Positions 34,803 through 43,691 of a DNA stretch of 64,000 nucleotides are shown here, one piece after another. The translations under genes and the position numbers were made by a program. Where the stretch lies: assembly GCA_015063645.1 (NCBI GenBank), contig SVTS01000001.1, positions 23,578-87,577 on the forward strand, given 5' to 3'. Source of the stretch: Oscillospiraceae bacterium. Its GTDB lineage: Bacteria > Bacillota > Clostridia > Oscillospirales > CAG-272. Under the pieces are notes generated by a model, which saw only the letters and a list, made by a program, of their open reading frames with translations, searched no databases and was not told where the DNA came from. How positions within the stretch are numbered: position 1 is the stretch's first letter; every line of letters begins with the position of its first letter.

Positions 34803-36146
34803 TTACTTGATTTTCACAGTTACCTTACCGGTGTAAGCATAAAGTACAAGATCTCCCTCTGCAATATCCTCCTCAATCAGATATGCTACCTTCCACTGGT
34901 TATTACCGAGATATTCACGGTATATGATCTCGCTGCTGTCGGCACGAGATTCCGGCTTTCTGTCAACTACGGTATCAGGCGGGGAGATAAAATCGATTAT
35001 GCCATCTGTAACCGTGTAGCTGTAAATATCGTACCCGTTTACACAGGCCTGAAGCATTCCCTCACGGTCTTCTTCGTCGAAGCTCTCAAAATTGAGTTCC
35101 GACATCGTCATCGTAACAACGACCAGCTTTTTCTGCGACAGGACGGTGTCACCAAACTGCAGGTTCCAATGATTGCCTTCCCGAACGATAAGCTTCTCCG
35201 TGCGATTGTATGGAATAAGATTTCCCGCATCATCGACAAATTTGTTGACAAAATCCTTCCGGAGGATGCATCCTGGTTTCAGTACATTGATGTTATCGAA
35301 AAATTCGGCTTTATTTACAGTAATAGTGTACAAGTCGGTGGCGGCACGCCTCGACTCACCGATTTCGATAAGATCTGTCTCATAAACCGGATCTACTTCA
35401 TAATAGTACACCTTCTGTTCATCATTGCCTGAAGTATCGCCCACCTCATTTATAATCGGAAGTGCAAGAAGAACGTCGGTCGTTTCTTCAACGGTCATCG
35501 TAGAAACAAGCGTGGTCAATTCGTCATCTGTGATACCGTAGCTGACCCACAGCTTCAGAACAAGTTCTTCTTTTTCAAACAGAATAAAAGCAGTACGGTT
35601 ATAGTACGCGGCATCACTGTTTGAACCAATCACAAACATGGTTTTTCCGCCAACATCGATCTGTTTTGCTTCATCTCCACCGCCAATAATCTGATCAAGG
35701 TCGCTCCGGCGCAGATCGATGCCGTTGATGGTCATGGAACGGGAGCTGTCTTCGCTGTAATACTTACCGTTTGTGTTTTCTCTTTCGCGCATATCGGAGG
35801 GCAAATCGGGGATATTCAGGCGGATACTGATTTCGCCTTCTTTTGCATTCCAGCTTCTGACAGGCTTTTCCTCAGCATCATCATTCTCACCGGTTTCATT
35901 CAGACTTGCGTGAATACGAACTTCATCACCGTTCTGCTCCATGCGGAAGTCGATCCATTGTACTGCAGCATATACGCTGACTGTCAGCACAGACAAAATA
36001 GCGACAGAAGCTATAATTTTGATTGGGATACGGGTATAGAAGCAGTTTTTTTTCTCCGCTTTGAGAGTTTCTTCACGCCGCAGAGCATGGAGTACCGTTT
36101 CTTTACGTTCAGTGTAAGATTTTGAAAAGATATGTTTATCTCTCAT
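34803..36146 (-). CDS. Single-pass membrane protein, anti-sigma-factor-like partner
   Basis: 447 aa. Short cytoplasmic N-terminus, one TM helix (IKIIASVAILSVLTVSVYAAV) and a large external domain. Overlaps the sigma-factor gene by 11 nt. Confidence 0.55.
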   Translation of the reverse strand: MRDKHIFSKSYTERKETVLHALRREETLKAEKKNCFYTRIPIKIIASVAILSVLTVSVYAAVQWIDFRMEQNGDEVRIHASLNETGENDDAEEKPVRSWNAKEGEISIRLNIPDLPSDMRERENTNGKYYSEDSSRSMTINGIDLRRSDLDQIIGGGDEAKQIDVGGKTMFVIGSNSDAAYYNRTAFILFEKEELVLKLWVSYGITDDELTTLVSTMTVEETTDVLLALPIINEVGDTSGNDEQKVYYYEVDPVYETDLIEIGESRRAATDLYTITVNKAEFFDNINVLKPGCILRKDFVNKFVDDAGNLIPYNRTEKLIVREGNHWNLQFGDTVLSQKKLVVVTMTMSELNFESFDEEDREGMLQACVNGYDIYSYTVTDGIIDFISPPDTVVDRKPESRADSSEIIYREYLGNNQWKVAYLIEEDIAEGDLVLYAYTGKVTVKIK

Positions 36147-36657
36147 GGTGTCTCTCCTTTTTCAGATTTATCGGTGTCGACTTCAAGAATTTACGAGCAC
36201 GCTCACACCGTTTTCTTACAAGATCTTCGCTGATCTTCAGTACGGCTGCTGTTTCCCTGATATTTAGCCCGTCAAGAAACAGACACCGCATAACGGAGGC
36301 GTACTTGGGTGGAAGATCAGATATCAAGGACAACGGCAGGTTCACAAGTGTTTCTTCTTCCGATATAATCGTATTTTCGATAGCTTCATCCATCTCCACA
36401 CAGTGCTCCCGCTGCTTCTTTTGTCGGCGATATATATCCAGAGCAGTACTGTTTACTGTTTTGTAGACATATCTCCGAACTGCAGCAGAATTGGGATCCA
36501 CAATCTTTTTTCGATTTCGTATCAACCTCAGAAATGCTTCATGTACTGCATCTTCCGCAAGATATTCGTCATGCAATATCTTGTATGCTTCGAAATACAT
36601 CGGCTGTTCGTAAAGCCTGTACAGCACGTCAATTATATCCTCGTTTGTATATGGCAT
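36136..36657 (-). CDS. Sigma-70 family (ECF-like) RNA polymerase sigma factor
   Basis: Start set at ATG 36657 (AAGGAG 6 nt upstream) rather than 36750. Region 2-like AEDAVHEAFLRL and region 4 HTH ETAAVLKISEDLVRKRCERARKFL. Confidence 0.75.
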   Translation of the reverse strand: MPYTNEDIIDVLYRLYEQPMYFEAYKILHDEYLAEDAVHEAFLRLIRNRKKIVDPNSAAVRRYVYKTVNSTALDIYRRQKKQREHCVEMDEAIENTIISEEETLVNLPLSLISDLPPKYASVMRCLFLDGLNIRETAAVLKISEDLVRKRCERARKFLKSTPINLKKERHHER

Positions 36658-36767
36658 ACTATACTCCTTTCCCTGTTTTTTCGTCCGGACATTAACCATA
36701 ACGATAAAATAGGTGGATTTGTGACAAAGCCGCAAGAGTTTTTTCCGCATATTCTTTTGGGTATATT

Positions 36768-36800
36768 ATAAAAAGCCGCAAATCGCGTGATTTGCGGCTT
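36768..36800 (-). terminator. Rho-independent terminator after second GRE gene
   Basis: aagccgcaaatc-gcgt-gatttgcggctt stem followed on the minus strand by TTTTTA. Confidence 0.65.
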
Positions 36801-36837
36801 AAGTAAATGATATTGGCAGCGCAGCGGGGATTATTCT

Positions 36838-39024
36838 TTACAATTCAATTTCAGTACGGGCGATAATATTATCCTGCAGTCCTTCTGAAAGGGCTGTGAA
36901 ATAATCGCTGTAGCCGCCTACGCGGACGATGAGATTTCCGTGGTTTTCCGGATGGATTTTTGCATCGAGAAGTTCTTCATGGGAGATCGCGTTGATCGAA
37001 AGCTGCTGACCGCCGCCGGCAAAATAGGTTTTTGCCAATGCGATAAATGCCTGCTGACCGCGCTCTGTACCGAGAATGCTCTTTGAGAACTTCATCTGCA
37101 TGACGTTGCCGCTCTTGGCAAGCGACTGATCTGCGATAAGCACGGAATTGAGCAGAGCTGTAGGACCGTTTTTGTCACAGCCGGGTACTGCACCGATACT
37201 GTCAGCGAGGAGAGATTCGCCTCTCTTTTTTCCGTTGGGCAATGCGCCGATCGCTCCGCCGTATGTGGCAGCGCGGGAGAAGGTACTGCATCCACCGCCG
37301 AACTGACCACCGCGATACGGATGCTTGGTCAGCAGATATCCGTAGAAATGATCGGTGACATTCCGGTAGATTTCATCCACATAGGCACAGTCGTTGCCGA
37401 ATTTATCAAAACTCCTGAAGTCGCGGTACATCCCGTCCCAGCCCTCGAAGTTATTATCCAGCGCATCCATCAGATCCGTCATGGAATATTTATGGGTATC
37501 AAAAACAAAATGACGTACTGCTGCCAGAGAGTCCACAGCATCTGCAAGTCCCTCTGCCAGAATCTGCGCACCGGCATACAGGGGACCGCGGTTTTTCATA
37601 TCAGCACCGCGCTCGATACATCCGAGGATCAGGTTGGAACGGTGGGGATTGGGGGCAATGCGGGACATGATCTCCTGAGTACGGCTTGCCACATCTGTAA
37701 CGGAATCAGTTACATATTCCACCTGCCGGCAATATGCTGCATAAAGGGCTTCATAATCCGCAAACTGTCTCGGATCTCCTGTATCAACGCCAACCTGTTT
37801 GCCACTAAGGGGACATTTACCGCGGTAGAGCGCCATCTCCAGACATTTGGCAAGGCACACTTCCCCGTCTTCCAGTCCCATATGGGATTTGCCGAAAATA
37901 TCGATCTGATTACAGCCGTTCATACAGTAATCGTGGGCATCTTCCGACGGGATCCCAAGTGCTTCCAGCGCGGGACAAACGCATTCGTCATTATACAGAG
38001 CGGGCATGCCGCATCCGGTTGCTATTGCCGCAGCAGCGCTTTTCCAGAGAGCCTCAGGCGTCCCTTTATGGACACGCATGGTTACGTTGGGAGCATCACA
38101 GGCGAATTCACGCACAAGATCCAATACTGCATAGGATACTTCATTGGTCTCGTCATTACCGGCTGCGTCGGAGCCGCTGATGCACAGATTCCACGCTCTT
38201 GTTTTCTTGAACAGATGCCACAGGGCACGCAGGCATTCGCGCCGGTCTTTTTCCTCGGATTTCCGCCAGTACGGGATCATAAACTGATCAAAACGTCCGG
38301 GTGAATCAATTCCGTCTGTACAGAATACAAGCCAGAACATCTGGCATGCTTCAAAGAAATCCTTCGGCGGATTCTGCGGAACACGGGTAAGGGCATCGGC
38401 AATACGTGCAAGACGTGCGCGGTCAGCATCACTCGTGCTCTTCTCCTCCATTTCGGCGGCAAGAGCCTGATAACGTGCAGCGATTGTATCTACGGCATCC
38501 AGCGCGAGCAGAAGTCCGTCGTAGAATACATCTTTTCCGTTATTGACCGTACGGTAATGTGCAATCTTTTTACGCAGACCGTCTGTTCCGTTTTCAAGGA
38601 GAATATCGTATCCTGGATTGGAATGTCCGCCGGTCCAGGCACGCAAGCCGCCTCCCCAACCTGCCTCACACCGGGAAATATTCCATTCTGCCTCGGTTAT
38701 ATGCTCACGCACAGAGGCAACTGTATCTATATTGGCACATTTATCCAGAATCTCTGCCAGTTCTTCGGCGTATTCCGGGTACTGTTCCATATTGCGGCGG
38801 AGTTTATCCTGCTTCACAACAATGCCAATACCGTATTCGAACTTTACGCCGCACGGGTCATTTTCATTGTACCAGCCGGCAAACATATGATCATCCGGGA
38901 TACTGATGGGCATATGCTGGGCGCGGCGGAGAAGTCCGGAAGCGATACGATAGCCAACATCGTCCTTTTCCGCTTCCAGATAGCCGACAGCAAAAGGTTC
39001 TATGGTATTCATATACTTTTTCAT
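36838..39024 (-). CDS. Glycyl radical enzyme (PFL-like fold), second divergent copy, function unknown
   Basis: 728 aa. C-terminal fingerprint LIVRVGGYSDYF (Gly704 codon at 36913..36915). Cys loop CMNGCNQIDIFGK (Cys371 codon at 37912..37914). AAAGGAG RBS. Confidence 0.9.
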   Translation of the reverse strand: MKKYMNTIEPFAVGYLEAEKDDVGYRIASGLLRRAQHMPISIPDDHMFAGWYNENDPCGVKFEYGIGIVVKQDKLRRNMEQYPEYAEELAEILDKCANIDTVASVREHITEAEWNISRCEAGWGGGLRAWTGGHSNPGYDILLENGTDGLRKKIAHYRTVNNGKDVFYDGLLLALDAVDTIAARYQALAAEMEEKSTSDADRARLARIADALTRVPQNPPKDFFEACQMFWLVFCTDGIDSPGRFDQFMIPYWRKSEEKDRRECLRALWHLFKKTRAWNLCISGSDAAGNDETNEVSYAVLDLVREFACDAPNVTMRVHKGTPEALWKSAAAAIATGCGMPALYNDECVCPALEALGIPSEDAHDYCMNGCNQIDIFGKSHMGLEDGEVCLAKCLEMALYRGKCPLSGKQVGVDTGDPRQFADYEALYAAYCRQVEYVTDSVTDVASRTQEIMSRIAPNPHRSNLILGCIERGADMKNRGPLYAGAQILAEGLADAVDSLAAVRHFVFDTHKYSMTDLMDALDNNFEGWDGMYRDFRSFDKFGNDCAYVDEIYRNVTDHFYGYLLTKHPYRGGQFGGGCSTFSRAATYGGAIGALPNGKKRGESLLADSIGAVPGCDKNGPTALLNSVLIADQSLAKSGNVMQMKFSKSILGTERGQQAFIALAKTYFAGGGQQLSINAISHEELLDAKIHPENHGNLIVRVGGYSDYFTALSEGLQDNIIARTEIEL

Positions 39025-39057
39025 AGGCGCTCCTTTTGATTCTGCAGTATTTTTATA

Positions 39058-39111
39058 ATAGACAAATTCTCTTACTGTCTATATTATAGCAGGTACTTCT
39101 TTATTTGTAAA
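39058..39111 (-). promoter_or_regulatory. Promoter TTTACA-17-TATAAT followed by 7-bp inverted repeat ATAGACA-n11-TGTCTAT
   Basis: On the minus strand, -35 is at 39106..39111 and -10 at 39083..39088. The IR at 39058..39082 covers the predicted transcription start. Confidence 0.45.
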
Positions 39112-39159
39112 CTGAAAATAATGTATTTTGTCATTATTTTTACCATTAATTGCACACAT

Positions 39160-39205
39160 GCAAATAAATCCCGCTGAAGACCGTTTTACGGTGTCAGCGG
39201 GATTT
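39160..39205 (-). terminator. Rho-independent terminator after oxidoreductase gene
   Basis: aaatcccgctga ... tcagcgggattt long hairpin followed on the minus strand by TTTATTT. It separates the oxidoreductase from the GRE gene. Confidence 0.6.
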
Positions 39206-39211
39206 GAAATT

Positions 39212-40222
39212 TTATTCGGCTGCAGCCTGGATGGTAAGGACTTCGCGGGAAGTACGGATCACTTCTGCCGTATCGATAAGCAGATCGGTTTCGCCGTTGA
39301 TCTCACGGACAAATTCCCCGAGACCGGTGACATTATAGGATTTCAGTTCTACGGGAGCAAATCCGCTGCTGCCCTCAAGGGCAACCTGAAGAAGGACTGC
39401 CGTATCGGAATCGATACCTGCCTTGCCGGCACCTTTCATCTTATATTCAGCAACGCCCTTGGTACCCCAGAAGGTCATACGCCAATAGGTTTCCAGGGAG
39501 AATCCGCAGCTGGCGGGAGCAGCATAGGAAACGTCAGCTGTAAAGCCTGCACCGTTCTCCAATTCTGCCATAAACTGTCCGCAGTCACGGAAATCCGGTT
39601 CTTCCTTGGCAAAGTGGTTCCATGTACGGGCTGCGGTTACGTTTTTCACGCCCATACCGGTAACAAAACGGACAAGATCCACGCCGTGGATTGCGATATC
39701 ATTGATCGTGCCGCCGTGCTTGCCTTCTTCAAAATACCACATGGGGCGGGAGCCGTACTGCAGGGGATGCTGTGCGGTCATATTGATACAGCCGATTTCA
39801 CCAAGCATACCGTCGGCGATCATCTCGCGGAGGTTACGGATACCTGCGGAGAAGCGCAGCGTCAGATAGCAGCCGACTTTGAGATTCTTCTCTTTTGCCA
39901 GCTTCTCGATCTCATCAATTTCGGCAAGGGATGTGCAGACAGGCTTATCCGCATACACATGTTTGCCGGCACGCAGAGCGGCAATTGCCTCTCCGCCCCG
40001 CTCACCGAAGGAGCCGCCCAGGCAGATGGCATCTACTTTTTCATCTGCGAGAACGGATTCGAGCGTAGGATAATTGAATTCCAGTCCGAGACCGTCTGCC
40101 AGTGCCTTACCGTCATCGGTATCTTCCCATGCACCAAGAACGGTGATGTTGGGGTCTTTCATTGCTTCCTGATAAATTGCTCCGGTATGTCTGTGTTTGA
40201 AGCCGACAAATGCCAAATTCAT
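39212..40222 (-). CDS. Gfo/Idh/MocA family oxidoreductase
   Basis: 336 aa. MNLAFVGFKHRH start and YADKPVCTS (an EKP-motif variant). A TTGCAT-17-TATAAT promoter lies upstream. Confidence 0.8.
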   Translation of the reverse strand: MNLAFVGFKHRHTGAIYQEAMKDPNITVLGAWEDTDDGKALADGLGLEFNYPTLESVLADEKVDAICLGGSFGERGGEAIAALRAGKHVYADKPVCTSLAEIDEIEKLAKEKNLKVGCYLTLRFSAGIRNLREMIADGMLGEIGCINMTAQHPLQYGSRPMWYFEEGKHGGTINDIAIHGVDLVRFVTGMGVKNVTAARTWNHFAKEEPDFRDCGQFMAELENGAGFTADVSYAAPASCGFSLETYWRMTFWGTKGVAEYKMKGAGKAGIDSDTAVLLQVALEGSSGFAPVELKSYNVTGLGEFVREINGETDLLIDTAEVIRTSREVLTIQAAAE

Positions 40223-40341
40223 AAGTAAATCTCCTGTTCTGATTCCAATTCCGGGAAACCTGCGGCGTCCCGTGATACGGGTATATTATAACACACTTCC
40301 CTGTATTATGCAAGCAAAAATACGGTTTAAGCGGTACAGTC

Positions 40342-41196
40342 TCAGAATATATACATATATTTTTTCCGGTATTCTTTTGGGGTCATGCCTGTTCTCGCTT
40401 TGAACAGGCGACGCATTTGAGCGGAATCGGAAAAACCTGTTTTGTTGATGATTTCCTCAACGGTACTGTCCGTACTTCGCAGATATTCACATACTTTCCC
40501 GATTTTGATCGCGTTGATATACTGTTTGGGAGTCATTCCCTTCTGTTGAGTGAAAACACGGATCAGATGCTCCACGGACACATGACACTGCTCTGCAACA
40601 TCATTTACGGTCAGATACGGATTGAATGCATCCGCCTCTATGATCCCTATAGCTTCAAGCAGAAAGGACGGGGGTTTCTGCTGCACCATTTTACTTTGCT
40701 GTTCGCGACTCTCCGCATAGGCATGGATAAACATCCAGATCAGCGAGAGCGTGCGGCTTCTCATGTTCACCTTCCAACCGGGATCTTTCCGCATGAAGAT
40801 GCCATATGCCTCTTTTATTTTCCTTTCTGCCTCCGGGTAATCCTCCGGCGCTGCCAGAAGAGAGGTATTCAGGGAAAAATCCAGTGGAAGCGGATCCCGT
40901 GTGAAGAATCCAACAAGATAGTACCGAAATGGAAGCATGTCTGAGGTATGTTCAAAAAAATCATCCGTCAGTTTTTTCAGAACAAACGTGCCAGCGGGTG
41001 CTGTCAAGGGCTTGCAGTCCCGGAAATGGATGATAAAACTCCCCTCCGTCACCAGCATAAGCGTGTACTTATGCAATCCCTTCGGTAATTGTCCCTGCCG
41101 GGCAATTCCGCAATCCCATGGATACGCACGGTAAACCGTATGACATTTGGGTATATGTTCCAGAACAACATCCATTTCACTTAGCACTTTATCCAT
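40342..41196 (-). CDS. AraC family transcriptional regulator
   Basis: 284 aa. C-terminal HTH (DVAEQCHVSVEHLIRVF..., GFSDSAQMRRLFKARTGMTP). Confidence 0.85.
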   Translation of the reverse strand: MDKVLSEMDVVLEHIPKCHTVYRAYPWDCGIARQGQLPKGLHKYTLMLVTEGSFIIHFRDCKPLTAPAGTFVLKKLTDDFFEHTSDMLPFRYYLVGFFTRDPLPLDFSLNTSLLAAPEDYPEAERKIKEAYGIFMRKDPGWKVNMRSRTLSLIWMFIHAYAESREQQSKMVQQKPPSFLLEAIGIIEADAFNPYLTVNDVAEQCHVSVEHLIRVFTQQKGMTPKQYINAIKIGKVCEYLRSTDSTVEEIINKTGFSDSAQMRRLFKARTGMTPKEYRKKYMYIF

Positions 41197-41400
41197 GAGC
41201 TCTCTTATCCTCTTTCAATCTTTGTATGAGTATTATACTCGATTCTTCTCGCTATGTCAATGATGTTCCCCTTTATTCAAGATAATTCTTTGTTTTTTTT
41301 TGCAGTATATCAATTACATCCTCTTTTCCATCAATTTCCCACCTGTTGTATCATACCAAGAGATGATATACTAAAATAAAAAATATTGAGGAGAATCGAC

Positions 41401-42906
41401 ATGAAACACACAAAACGTACTGCCCTGCTTCTCAGCATCCTTATGCTGTCTTCCGCACTGCTTGCTTCCTGTTCATCGGAAGAACATCCGTCGGATGACA
41501 CCTCCGTATCCGCCGAAACGACATCCGCACCCATTGCAGAAACCACCGCCGCACCGGAACCGGAAATTCCCTATGACTACATCGAAAAAACCTACGACGG
41601 ACGCACATACACGATGGCAACGCCGGCGGACGGCAGCCGCAGCATCCCCGGTATCTTCATCATGGAGGAAGAAACGGGCGATGTTGTCAATGATGCCGTC
41701 TACCGCCGCAATCTGACAGTCAAAGATAAGCTGGATGTGAAGCTGGCACACGTTATGCCCGCTCCGAAGTCCGGTTTCGCTGCCGCTATCCGCAGCGAAA
41801 TCCAGGCAATGAACACCAATTACGATCACACCACCAGCTTCTTCACCACTGTAGTCCCTCTGGTGACAGAAAGACTATTCACCCCCAGCACAGAACTTCC
41901 CTATCAGAAAAATATTTCCGGCAAGAGCTGGTACGGTGATAAACTGAACGATCCACTGAAAGTGAACGGTATGCAATACATGTTTCTCTCTGATATGGTT
42001 GCAATGCCCAATGCTATGTACGGCATGTTCTTTAATGTATCCCTCGGTGAGCGCAACGGTATCAAGGGGGTGGAGCAGGTGGTTTTTGATGGCAAATGGA
42101 CGCTGGATAAACTCTTTGAATACACAAATGACTTCACCAAGGATCTGAACGGCAACGGAACGATTTATGCAGACGATCTGCATGCACTCGGTCACTACGG
42201 AAATCTAAAGTCTGCAAAAAATGACACAGCCATGACTTACCAGTACGGGTTCGGTCAGATGACCGCCGTATTGAATAATCAAGGTGAAGTGGAACTGACA
42301 CTGAACAGCGATAAAATGCAGAGCATTGTTGAACGCTTGAACGATCTGTTTTTCACCGGTACTCGTACCGCCAATGTAATTACTGGTGCTACCTCCGCCG
42401 AGACCTTCGCTGAGGGCAGAATTCTGTTCTGGAATGCGATTCTCTTCCACGCAAGCAATTACATGCGCGAAATGGAAGACATTTATTATGCCCTCCCTAT
42501 GCCCAAGTGGGATGAGACGCAGGAGGAATATTACACTGCGTTGACTAATAGTTCTACGTTTATCACAGCAATTCCTTCCACTGCAAAAGATAAGGAATTT
42601 GCTTCCGCCGTATTCGATGCACTCTCTTATGAGGGGGAGCAGAACGTATATCCCGCTGTCTTTGAGATCACGATGAAATCCAAACTCTCCGCTGACAGCA
42701 CGGCATCCAAGCTGTTTGATCTGATCTGCTCGAATGCAGTCATTGATTTCGGTATGATGTATGACGGAGACTGCGGTATGTATACGCTGATCGCAAAGCT
42801 GATGTCGCAAAAATCCACTAATTTCGCCTCTGAATTTGCTGCAATCAAGGACAAAACCACCGCGCATTACAAAGAAGTTCTTGATATGTTTGCAAAACTC
42901 AGCTGA
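41401..42906 (+). CDS. Extracellular solute-binding lipoprotein (ABC-type, family-1-like), no adjacent permeases
   Basis: Start at ATG 41401 with a GAGGAG RBS. Signal peptide with lipobox LLASC. About 500 aa, the size and composition of sugar-binding lipoproteins. Confidence 0.7.
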   Translation: MKHTKRTALLLSILMLSSALLASCSSEEHPSDDTSVSAETTSAPIAETTAAPEPEIPYDYIEKTYDGRTYTMATPADGSRSIPGIFIMEEETGDVVNDAVYRRNLTVKDKLDVKLAHVMPAPKSGFAAAIRSEIQAMNTNYDHTTSFFTTVVPLVTERLFTPSTELPYQKNISGKSWYGDKLNDPLKVNGMQYMFLSDMVAMPNAMYGMFFNVSLGERNGIKGVEQVVFDGKWTLDKLFEYTNDFTKDLNGNGTIYADDLHALGHYGNLKSAKNDTAMTYQYGFGQMTAVLNNQGEVELTLNSDKMQSIVERLNDLFFTGTRTANVITGATSAETFAEGRILFWNAILFHASNYMREMEDIYYALPMPKWDETQEEYYTALTNSSTFITAIPSTAKDKEFASAVFDALSYEGEQNVYPAVFEITMKSKLSADSTASKLFDLICSNAVIDFGMMYDGDCGMYTLIAKLMSQKSTNFASEFAAIKDKTTAHYKEVLDMFAKLS

Positions 42907-42914
42907 CAATATCC

Positions 42915-42947
42915 AACCGGCAGTATTTCATACTGCCGGTTTTATTT
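42915..42947 (+). terminator. Rho-independent terminator
   Basis: aaccggcagta-tttca-tactgccggtt stem followed by TTTATTT. Confidence 0.65.
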
Positions 42948-43028
42948 ATCTGTGCCCTTCTGTTGACAAATCCGGAATTCTGTGATACCATATTACAGGT
43001 ATTCAGAGACAAAACGAGGTACAAAAAT

Positions 43029-43664
43029 ATGAAGAATTTTATAATTTTCGGTGACAGTTATTCCACGTTCCGCGGATACATTCCGAAGGGTTACGGTCCC
43101 TATTATTCCGAGGATGAAACGGAGCGGACCGACGTACGCCATGTGGAAGAGACATGGTGGCATCAGCTGATGACGGAAAGCGGTGCGAATCTGGTACTGA
43201 ACGACAGTTGGTCTGGTTCCACCATCTGCTATACCGGGTATGAAAACAGAGACTGTTCTACTTCTTCGTCGTTCATTTACCGTCTGAACAAGCTGATTGA
43301 CAGCGGATTCTTCAATGAAAACGAAATCGACACCGTTCTGGTTTTCGGCGGGACAAACGACAGCTGGGCAGGTGCGCCTGTCGGTACTCTGCAGTATTCC
43401 GCGTGGAAAAAGGAAGATCTGCATGCGGTTCTGCCCGCCGTTTGCTGTTTTATTGACAAGCTGAAAGAAACGCTCCCGCAGGCGCGTATCATTGTGATCA
43501 TCAACAGCGGACTGAAGGGGGAAATCACTGAGGGCATGAAGGAAGCCTGCGAGCATTACGGGGTGGAGTCCCTGCAGCTTGTCAATGTGGACAAAAGTCA
43601 CTCGCATCCTACCGTTCAGGGCATGAAGGATATCAGGGAACAGGTTGCGGCTAAAATCGGCTGA
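43029..43664 (+). CDS. SGNH/GDSL family hydrolase (esterase)
   Basis: Start at ATG 43029. Block I IIFGDSYS, block II SWSGST, block III FGGTNDSW, block V DKSH. No signal peptide. Confidence 0.7.
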   Translation: MKNFIIFGDSYSTFRGYIPKGYGPYYSEDETERTDVRHVEETWWHQLMTESGANLVLNDSWSGSTICYTGYENRDCSTSSSFIYRLNKLIDSGFFNENEIDTVLVFGGTNDSWAGAPVGTLQYSAWKKEDLHAVLPAVCCFIDKLKETLPQARIIVIINSGLKGEITEGMKEACEHYGVESLQLVNVDKSHSHPTVQGMKDIREQVAAKIG

Positions 43665-43691
43665 AATATGCAGTGACTGAAAGGATACGCC

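Noticed and set aside
19981-40222. Bacterial microcompartment shell genes, aldehyde/alcohol dehydrogenases or pta/ack next to the GREs (which would indicate a choline/propanediol-type or PFL-type locus).
   Set aside because: No roughly 90-120-aa BMC-H-like ORFs or aldehyde dehydrogenase ORFs flank either GRE. The neighbours are Gfo/Idh/MocA dehydrogenases and AraC regulators.
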